NCBI RefSeq assembly: GCF_006345805.1
Contig: NC_043017.1
Coordinates: 31,930,001-31,994,000 of the forward strand
DNA from: Octopus sinensis
Lineage: Eukaryota
DNA length: 64,000 nucleotides
Direction of reading: 5' to 3'
The notes under the pieces are model-generated. The model was given only the letters and a program-made list of their open reading frames with translations, did no database searches and was not told where the DNA came from. Shown piece after piece: positions 54,500 to 64,000 of this stretch; position 1 is the first letter of the stretch, and each line of letters starts with the position of its first letter. Position numbers and translations under genes: made by a program.

Positions 54500-55001
54500 G
54501 CAAGCTGGCAGAAACGTTAGCACCCCGGGTGAAATGCTTAGCAGTATTTCGTCTGCTGTTACGTTCTGAGTTCAAATTCCGCCGAGGTCAACTTTGCCTT
54601 TCATCCTTTTGGGGTTGATAAATTAAGTACCAGTCCCGCACTGGGGTCGATGTAATCGACTTAATACCTATGTCTGTCCTTGTTTGTCCCCTCTATGTTT
54701 AGCCCCTTGTGGGTAATAAAGAAATAGGTATTTCGTCTGCTGCTACGTTCTGAGTTCAAATTCCATGAGGTCGACTTTGCCTTTCATCCTTTCGGGGTCG
54801 ATAAATTAAGTACCAGTCCCGCCCTGGGGTCGATGTAATCGACTTAATACCTATGTCTGTCCTTGTTTGTCCCCTCTATGTTTAGCCCCTTGTGGGTAAT
54901 AAAGAAATAGGTATTTCATCTGCTGCTACGTTCTGAGTTCAAATTCCGCCGAGGTCGACTTTGCCTTTCATCCTTTCGGGGTCGATAAATAAAGTACCAG
55001 T
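54500..55001 (+). mobile_element. Family B SINE multimer (head plus ~2.5 bodies)
   Basis: Bodies restart at aggtatttc (~54726, ~54909). Confidence 0.88.
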
Positions 55002-56435
55002 ATTAGGAAATATGTTAGACAATGTGGCCTTGCATTTCATGCACAGAGGAAATCGATAGGCTTGTCAAGGCTGGAACTCCCTTGATCATAGGTTTACTCA
55101 AACAGGTTTCACCTGGAGATAAACAGCATTTATCTCTCTTTTCTCTTTCTCTCTTTTACTTGTTTCAGTCATTTGACTGCGGCCATGCTGGAGCACCACC
55201 TTTAGTCGAGCAAATCGACCCCGGGACTTATTTTTTGTAAGCCCAGTACTTATTCTATCGGTCTCTTTTTGCCGAACCGCTAAATGACGGGGACATAAAC
55301 ACACCAGCATAGGTTGTCAAGCAATGCTAGGGGGACAGACACAGACACACAAACATACACGCACACATATATATATATATATGCATATATATGACAGGCT
55401 TCTTTCAGTTTCCGTCTACCAAATCCACTCACAAGGCTTTGGTCGGCCCGAGGCTATAGTAGAAGACACTTGCCCAAGGTGCCACACAGTGGGACTGAAC
55501 CCGGAACCATGTAGTTGGTAGGCAAGCTACTTACCACACAGCCACTCCTGCGCCTATTTATGTAGCATTTCTGCAACATTTAGCTGAAAATGCTCAGTTC
55601 TGTTATTACTGTTGTTGCTGTTGCTGTCCCTGTAACCACAAGGTTCCAGCTGCAATTACTGAGAATCCGGATAGGAATTAACAAGATTTATATGTCTTTA
55701 ATAAGCAGATAAATGAATACTAAGTTACAGGTTTTTGGCAAAGCAACTGCACTGAAAGTAGAAACACTTTGAGAGAGTCTTCTGTTTTGAATGACACTAA
55801 ATATTACTTCAACTTTACGAATAGGAGGAAGAATAAAGACACAAGCAACAGATCAGTAAACAAACAATAGAGATAAACACACAGAGTCAAAACGATTGGA
55901 ATCAAACATCAATAAACAAACATACAATAAGACAAAAGAATAAATAAATAAAAAAGATAAATAAAACGCAAATAAAGTGTTTGTTTTGTGGATTTAAAGA
56001 ACTTTAAATAAAGAGTTTCCGTGTATAAACATTATTTAGAAAAAAGATGTTAAAACTTATGAGAGGGGAAGATTTCAAAGAGATGTAACAAGTTCAAACA
56101 CTATCTGATTCTTTTTGCACCTGTCCCGTTTATTTTTTTTCCAAATATTTTCTCACTTTTCCAAATGTTGCGACTTACATATTTCTCTAATCAGATCTGT
56201 CTAACTGATTTAGTTCTAAGTGTCACTCAGGAGAGGAGCTATGAATACAGTTTCTTCGGGGGGCTTCGATGCATTTGTTTACAATGTCTGTAAATAATGC
56301 ACAGCTAAATAACAACAGTCTCGGCAGTTTCCACTTAAACACCAATAGAATAACAATAGATTATTATTTGAGATGAAAAAAAAAAAACGCAATGGTTAGC
56401 AATAGGAAAGATATCATGTCACTCGATACGCGATG

Positions 56436-56439
<4 letters not shown>

Positions 56440-56478
<39 letters not shown>

Positions 56479-56571
56479 GTCATCATCATCAACTTCCTCT
56501 TCATCATCGTCTTCGTCGCCGTCGTCGTCGTCATTGTCATCGTTGTCGTCATCATCATCATCTTCATCTTT

Positions 56572-56610
<39 letters not shown>

Positions 56611-56769
56611 GTCATCTTCCTCTTCATCATCGTCTTCGTCGCCGTCGTCGTCATCATCATCGTCGTCGTCATCATCATCATCATCGTCATCTTTCTCTTC
56701 ATCATCGTCTTCGTTGCCGTCGTCGTCGTCATCGTCATCGTCGTCGTCATCATCATCATCTCTATCTTT

Positions 56770-56805
<36 letters not shown>

Positions 56806-56901
56806 GTCATCCTCGTCATCTTCCTCTTCATCATCATCTTCATCGCCGTCGTCGCCATCATCGTCGTTGTCATCATCATCATCTTCATCTTTATCATCAT
56901 C

Positions 56902-56940
<39 letters not shown>

Positions 56941-56945
56941 GTCGT
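56440..56945. repeat. (CAT/CGT/CTT)n microsatellite
   Basis: Direct reading. Confidence 0.95.
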
Positions 56946-57277
56946 GTCAATGAAGTGATTGTTTTTTTGTTAGAATGACATTGTTGAGGTAGGTACAAGA
57001 AGTTGGATATGACCAGTTTGAACATAAAATGGATGAAATACTTTGGTCGGATATGGCTGATTCGAATGCAAGTAGTGGTGGTGGTGGTGGTTGCGGTGAA
57101 GGGTTATATGCGAGCACCACAGATGTGGCTTTCCTGTCCTACATTATTTTGTACAGTGTGATAATGATAGTCACCTCTCACAGCAGATGTTCAAAGAGCT
57201 TTCTATACACATGCCTTCATGCCATCATGTGGATTTTTCATCGAGTGTTTTCTGTTTTTCACTAGTATGCCATAGTA

Positions 57278-57577
57278 GAGGCACATGGCCAAGTGGTTAG
57301 AGCAGCGGACTCGCGGTCGTGGGATCGCAGGTTCGAATCTCAGACCGGACGATGTGTGTGTTTATGAGCGAAAACACCTAAGTTCCACGCAGCTCCGGCA
57401 GAAGGTAATGACGAAACTTCTGCTGACTCTTTCGCCACAAGTTTCTCTCACTCTTTCCTCCTACATCTTGCGACAGACCGGCGTCCCGTCCAGGTGGGGA
57501 ACCTATATGCCAAGAAACCAGGAAACCAGTCCTTATGAGCCAGGCATGGCTCGAGAAGGAACAAACAAAAACAAAAA
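57278..57577 (+). mobile_element. SINE with family F head but different body; TSD agtatgccatagta
   Basis: tggccaagtggttagagcagcggactcgcgg...ggttcgaatc; agtatgccatagta at ~57264 and ~57578. Confidence 0.85.
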
Positions 57578-60271
57578 AGTATGCCATAGTATACAACACA
57601 TAAGAGAAATTTCAATAGGGATGTTAAAAACCAAGCAATACATATAATGTTTAGAGAGCAGGATTGGTTATAGGCTAGGCATTAGTGAACTTTTAATACA
57701 CACACACATTCATATATACATGTACACACACACACACATATATATATCCCTGCTTTAAAAGTGGATATTATATTAGAACAATTAAGAGTGCAATAGTTAC
57801 TATGAGAGAAAATCTCAATTAGGCTTTTGGTGCATATAAGCACTCTTTTTTACGTCGCCAGCAGAGAGATAAATCACCTTTATCACCTATGCCAAGACTA
57901 CCAGTTCACATGATTTCAATCTTCCTTGGCCTTCTCTATGGTAGACACTTGGATCCTGAAGACAGTAGTAGAAGTATCACTGCTATTGGTATATATAGAA
58001 ACGTGTTCAAACACAACATCCATTTTTACGTGGGGGTAAATAATACCAATAGGTATTCATACAGCTTCTGTTACTAACAATCATTTTACATACACACACA
58101 CACACACATACACACACACATGCACATACATATTTATACACATATACTTACATACATCATATATATATATATACATACATACATACGTATACATACACAT
58201 ATATACACACACATATATATACATATATATATTTATACATATATACATATACTTACATATATATATATACATACATATACACACACATATATACATATAT
58301 ATATATATTTATACATATATACATATACTTACATACATATATATATACACACACACACACACAATTATATATACACACACCCTCATGCACATACACACAT
58401 GCACGCACATATATATATATATATATACATAGGTATGTATACATGCATATATGTGTATATGCATGTCTGTATGGTTTTTGCTCTCATGTAAAGTGGCATG
58501 TTTAAGTACGTTTATGTAAAAGGGTGCACAAATGTGTGTGTGCTTGTGTATGTGTTTGTTTGTGTGTGTGTGTGTGTGCGTGTGTGTGTGTGTGTGTGTG
58601 TTTGCGATTGTATAAAAGAGAGCTTTTATGAGCAAACACCCAAAGTATATCACAAAATCTAAGTTTATATATATATATATTTTTTTTTACTAAATTTCTC
58701 TTTCTAAAATACATTTTCATTTTCTGTTTTCTCCAAGAAATTTAATCCACATCACAGAGTAGTCGTTTTTATGCCGTTATATACTAACATATTCTAATAC
58801 AATATTACTGCTTTTATTATATAGGGTACTTTTATGTACATAGGTCATTGTATGTGTGCACATATATTGTGGTTATGTACATACATCTAACATTAAATTT
58901 GTATACACCTGTCTATATACATAAGTGTCTATTATTTATGAATATATAGGTCTTAGCACATTAGTACTAATTTTATCTGTGCCTGCACGTCTACGTTTAT
59001 ATAAGTACCACACATACATACATACAAACATACAGAGATACATACATACGTACACACACATACATATATATGTACACATTTACATATACATATATATGTA
59101 TATATATATATATAATATACATACATCTGTATATATATATGTATATATTCATATGTATATATATATGATAATAATAATAGTAATATTAGGGAGTATAGCT
59201 CCAAACTTGCAGGGAAAAATTCAATTTAGTATTAAATCAAATTTCACAGTATAAATATATAAAATATGAATTAGAGATACTTATTATATTATACTTATTA
59301 CTTACTATATTATATTTATCATTCTTTTTATACTTTTTGAAAAAAAATAAAGGCGCAGGAGTGGCTGTGTGGTAAGTAGCTTGCTAACCAGCCACATGGT
59401 TCCGGGCTCAGTCCCACTGCATGGCATCTTGGGCAAGTGTCTTCTGCTATAGCCCCGGGCCGACCAATGCCTTGTGAGTGGATTTGGTAGATGGAAACTG
59501 AAAGAAGCCTGTCGTATATATATATATATATATGTGCGTGTATGTTTGTGTGTCTGTGTTTGTCCCCCTAGCATTGCATGACAACCGATGCCGGTGTGTT
59601 TACGTCCCTGTCACTTAGCGGTTCGGCAAAAGAGACCAATAGAATAAGTACTGGGCTTACAAAGAATAAGTCCTGGGTTCGATTTGTTCGACTAAAGGCA
59701 GTGCTCCAGCATGGCCGCAGTCAAATGACTGAAACAAGTAAAAGAGTAAAAGAGTATATATATATATTATATATTATATTAATTATATTTATATTATTTG
59801 TTATTTATATATTGGTTTATGTCTATCGCTGTTTGAGTTACATAATAGTGGTTTTATCTCTAATTTATTGTATTTATATTCGTGTAACATCATTTGTTTT
59901 TCCGTCCTTGTTTTGTATACATTCGGCGCTTTTTTCCAAGGAATCTAATGCTCTTAGCTTAGTTTTTCCTTGGGGCTGGTTTGATTGGAGTAATCTCAAG
60001 ATTAATCAGCCTGAAAATGTGAGAGATGATCCGGTTCTTGACTGAGGATAAAAGGCTTCGAATGACCCATTCTTTGTTTTCTTTTGTATCGTCTATCTGG
60101 ATGTTTTGTTGTTCCCTTTTGTATCACCTAGTTGTCCGGATGTTTTGCATTCTAGTCCCATTTTGTATTACATATATATAGGGAGAGTTTATGAAAAAAA
60201 CAAAAGACGAAGACAGGTGGTGTACAAAATAAATAGATGTATTAGTATAATGCTCAGGAATAGAAAAAGTC

Positions 60272-60306
60272 CTTTACGTTTTGAGCCTATGCTCTTCTAC
60301 AGAAAG
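60272..60306 (-). ncRNA. Degenerate minimal hammerhead-like motif (CTGTAGA variant); related copy 15472-15506(+)
   Basis: Minus: cttt-CTGTAGA-a-gagc-atag-gctc-AAAA-cg-TA-aag; GAAA reads AAAA. Confidence 0.35.
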
Positions 60307-61241
60307 TGACAAAGAAAAAACAAGATGAGAAACAAGGAAAGAAAAAAATGTGTGTAGTGGCTACTGATCTATCATGGCGACTGTATATATATATATATCC
60401 ATGTACATATATGTTATGTGTTTATTGTTGCAACTAACTATTGTCTTATTTGAAGACTTTATCCGACATGAAATAGCAAGTGACACTGTAGCACTTATCG
60501 AATAGGACAGATGGAACACAATAAGCTCATTCATACGACTGAACCTAGCAAAGCTTGTATATCCCTGTGAACAAATCATTCTGTAATCACATAACAGCAT
60601 GATATTCTTGTCAATAAAGAAAGCGCTAAAAGTGAATCAAGTTTTCCTTTTGTAACAGAATTATTCATTTTAGTTTATTGTTAGGATCAACAAATTTCTG
60701 GAATGTCTGTGAATTCCTTTGCTTTAGTAACAACGACTTCACTGGTTATATAATTTGTACAAATGATTTTAACAATAATGTCTTTCTTAAGTATATAACT
60801 TATATATATATGTGTGTGTGTTTATACTACACGTGTATGGAATACCCATTCAGTTATATGTCTGACTAGGTGTATATCTATCTAGCTATCTAAAATGCTT
60901 CTGTTTATCTCTGTGTGTGTGTGTATATATATGTGCTTTCTTGTTTGGATTAACTATATATATATATATGTATGTATATGTATATATGTATGTATGTATG
61001 TATGTATGTTTATATATATACTTTTTAAATTTTTACTTTTTACTTGCTTCAGTCATGTGACTGTGGCCATGCTGGAGCACCGCCTTTAGTCGAGCAAAGT
61101 GACCCCAGGACTTATTCTTTGTAAGCCGAGTACTTATTCTATCAGTCTGTTTTTCCAAACCGCTAAGTTACGGGGACGTAAACACACCAGCATCGGTTGT
61201 CAAGCGATGTTGGTGGGACAAACGCAGACACACAAACATAT

Positions 61242-61313
<72 letters not shown>

Positions 61314-61605
61314 GATGGGCTTCTTTCACTTTCCATCTACCAAATTCACTCACAAGGCTTTGGTCGGCCCGAGGCTATAGTAGAAGATACTTGCCCAAGG
61401 TGCCACGCAGTGGGACTGAACCCGGAGCCATGTGGTTGGTAAACAAGCTACTTACCACTAGGGAGTATAACTCCAAACTTACAGGGAAAAATTGAACTTA
61501 GTATTAAATCAAATTTCCCAGTATAAATATATAAAATATAAATTAGAGATAAAACCACTATTATGCAACTCAAACAATGATAGACATAAACCAATACATA
61601 AACAA

Positions 61606-61636
<31 letters not shown>

Positions 61637-61749
61637 GGGCAAATTGTTGCCATTTTATATTTCGTGCAAATGCATTGTTTGTTTTTGGTTTTGTCCACTA
61701 CACAGTATAGTAGGGTCAGTTGGGCACTGTCTGTAAGAAAATCAGCACC

Positions 61750-62136
61750 ATGACGCAATTCACTTTGCCAGACATTTGGAAATGACATGCTGTACTGTTT
61801 GGCATTCGTGCCAAAAGCTCCAATATGAGCATTTCAAAGTGTTTCGGTGTCAATCTGAGGACAGTGCTGAGGATTCGGAAAGAGTTGGATGAGTCTAATG
61901 GTAATTATGAACATATAGCAGCTTGCTAAACTCACTCTGATCATTTTGATAAAAAAAGAACTCCTGAATTTGTTGGTGAGATCCAGGCAATGATTGTCAA
62001 CGATCCCTCCAAGTTAATCAGGTCCATTGCCAGAGACATGGGAGTGTCTGAGATTCTTATCAGGCAGGTAGTGCATGAAGATATTTGATATTCCTCACAG
62101 AAGATGAGAAAGGGCCAGTTTTTATCCCAAGCCATC
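61750..62136 (+). pseudogene. Tc1/mariner-superfamily (maT/DD37D-like) transposase N-terminal HTH relic
   Basis: MTQFTL...GVNLRTVLRIRKEL...KKRTPEFVGEIQAMIVNDPSKLIRSIARDMGVSEILIRQVVHEDI*YSSQKMRKGQFLS with three stops. Confidence 0.8.
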
Positions 62137-62152
62137 ATATTGTTAAAATTTA

Positions 62153-62496
62153 TCTCTCTGTATATAAATGGCAAAATGTCTGTGTGTGTGTCCTTTATAC
62201 AAATCCACAATGTTTCAGTTAGAGGGCTTGCACTTTCTATGGTCATTCAAAACCATCCAAGGGTAGTCGTGCACATCTTTACATTTCCCCAGTAGCCCCA
62301 CAAGGCCATTAAAAATCAATAGAAGTGACTTTTCTGTGAATTTTCTATCCAAAACCCAATCAAAATGCCCAAAACTGAATGCCATCTAGATGTATGTAAT
62401 TTGTCAGAGATTTGGACAATACTCACGTGTATGTGTGCCCGCACGCAGCTGTATGCACTAGCACCATGACCTGGCGTTGCCGGGTCATGGTGCTAG
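62153..62496 (+). mobile_element. Non-autonomous Helitron with fold-back 3' end
   Basis: a|TCtctctgtatataaatggc 5' end; 3' hairpin then CTAG|t. Confidence 0.82.
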
Positions 62497-62685
62497 TCTG
62501 TAATAAATTGAATATATTCCTACAATACACAAAGTATTTTTTTTTTTTTTATACAATTCCTAATAATTTTTAATTATAAAAATATAATAGGATTTTTTTA
62601 AATGTTGAATGGTTATGAGAGCTCACCTGAGTAAAACAGGAATCAAAGGGGTCTATAGGTAAACAATGGTTGAAAAGCACTTACC

Positions 62686-62790
62686 TGGAGGATTATAATA
62701 AATAGAACAGGACTAAGAACTGAACCTTGATGAACGCATAGCAGCTCACCCCAAATTCATTGTTATATTCACTGTTAATTGTCATCTAGC
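62686..62790 (-). mobile_element. Small RTE reverse-transcriptase fragment
   Basis: Minus YNNEFGV..VHQGSVLSPVLFIIILQ matches the RT motif GVHQGSVLSPLLF. Confidence 0.65.
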
Positions 62791-62974
62791 TGTTCCTGGT
62801 TTCCAAATCCCTCGCAAACCATTCCCAAGGGGCCATCAAATCACAAAGTACAGAGGCTCACTCCTTGATTTGTTCACTAGGGATATACCGTCAGTACTTC
62901 CAGGTACAATGTTGAACCGAATCACATCTTGATTAATCCATTCCCAATGGATTAAATTATAAATCTTCTATATA

Positions 62975-63292
62975 ATTCTGTTGTGTCTGGGTAGAGTCAT
63001 TTTGTTTTTATGCCTTATAATCTAACACATTCACCGGTAAAATTTCCACTTTTAAAATTTTTTTTTATTTTAAAAGGTTGCAAGACTCTTTTACTCTTTA
63101 CTCTTTTACTTGTTTCAGTCATTTGACTGCGGCCCTGCTGGAGCACCACCTTTAGTCGAGCAGATCGACCGCGGGACTTATTCTTTGTAAGCCCAGTACT
63201 TATTCTATTGGTCTCTTTTTGCCAAACCGCTAAGTGACGGGGACGTAAACACACCAGCATCGGTTGTCAAGCAATGCTAGGGGGACAAACAT

Positions 63293-63325
<33 letters not shown>

Positions 63326-63672
63326 ATATATATATACATATATACGACAGGCTTCTTTCAGTTTCCGTCTACCAAATCCACTCACAAGGCATTGGTCGGC
63401 CCGGGGCTATAGCAGAAGACACTTGCCCAAGTTGCCACGCAGTGGGACTGAAGCCGAAACCATGTGGTTGGTTAGCAAGCTACTTACCACACAGCCGCTC
63501 CTACGCAACGAAAATTTTAGGAAAATGAAGATAAGAAAACAAAGTGGAAATTTTACCAGTGAGTGTGTTATATATTATAAGGCATAAAAAGAAAATGACT
63601 CTCCCCAGACACAACAGAATATGCTTCAACACACGAACTCATATAAAGAATCTTGCAAACCAAATCCAAAAA
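62975..63672. mobile_element. Second copy of the palindromic MITE, interrupted in its loop by a family A SINE
   Basis: Arms match 11207-11491; loop ttgcaagac...gcaacgaaaa split by SINE 63087-63505. Confidence 0.85.
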
Positions 63673-64000
63673 CGAAATCTTCTATATAAGTTTTAGAAGA
63701 AGTCCAACAATTTGGACCCTTTGTAATTCCCTCCTCCCTATACTTTATCTCTTTTGCCCTCGCAACAGTTGATGATGGGGTTGCTATGCCAGACATTTGA
63801 TCTAGCAATTTCCGTATTACCTAATTGACTAAGCAGGTGACTAGCTCAGTCTGTTTATTTATTCACTGTGGTTACATGCAATCGGAAAAATATTTTTCAA
63901 TTATGTTCCAAGGCAATTACTAAATAACAAACTCTCCATGCTGTAATCATCATCATCCACATTCATTATTATTATTATTATTATAAATATTATTATTATT

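Noticed and set aside
56179-56287. Minus-strand exon with good AG/GTAAG sites
   Set aside because: Stops in all three frames; could only be non-coding
56364-56978. Poly-His/Ser/Met/Ile ORFs (also 9354-10003, 53018-53826)
   Set aside because: Trinucleotide microsatellites open in several frames
57950-58012. Hammerhead-like CTGAAGA-stem-GAAA
   Set aside because: Nine unpaired nt between stem II and GAAA, and no stem I

Overview
Eukaryotic, AT-rich, repeat-saturated genomic DNA. The microsatellite load and the SINE/LINE families look like an octopod cephalopod (Octopus) intronic or intergenic region; this is an inference, not searched. Almost all ORFs in the supplied track are microsatellite artefacts. 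One convincing gene is present: a single-exon-CDS, secreted and GPI-anchored Ly6/uPAR three-finger protein of the crooked/quiver type (40254-40664, minus). Two weak, phase-compatible candidate exons (19158-19253, 6621-6645, minus) may belong to a long-intron host gene. The rest comprises several tRNA-derived SINE families, 3' ends of CR1-like and RTE LINEs, mariner and Tc1/maT transposase relics, a Helitron helicase relic, two non-autonomous Helitrons and palindromic MITEs. A 100-N scaffold gap is flanked by a probable false duplication. The most notable observations: (i) about eight hammerhead-ribozyme-like motifs of the Penelope/retrozyme type, one complete and preceded by a perfect 24-nt antisense copy of its own core; (ii) an in-frame 192-bp tandem array built from a LINE C-terminus; (iii) a SINE forming head-less ~183-bp multimers with the same junction at three loci; (iv) SINE-LINE shared 3' tails; (v) a Helitron end converted into a fold-back palindrome.
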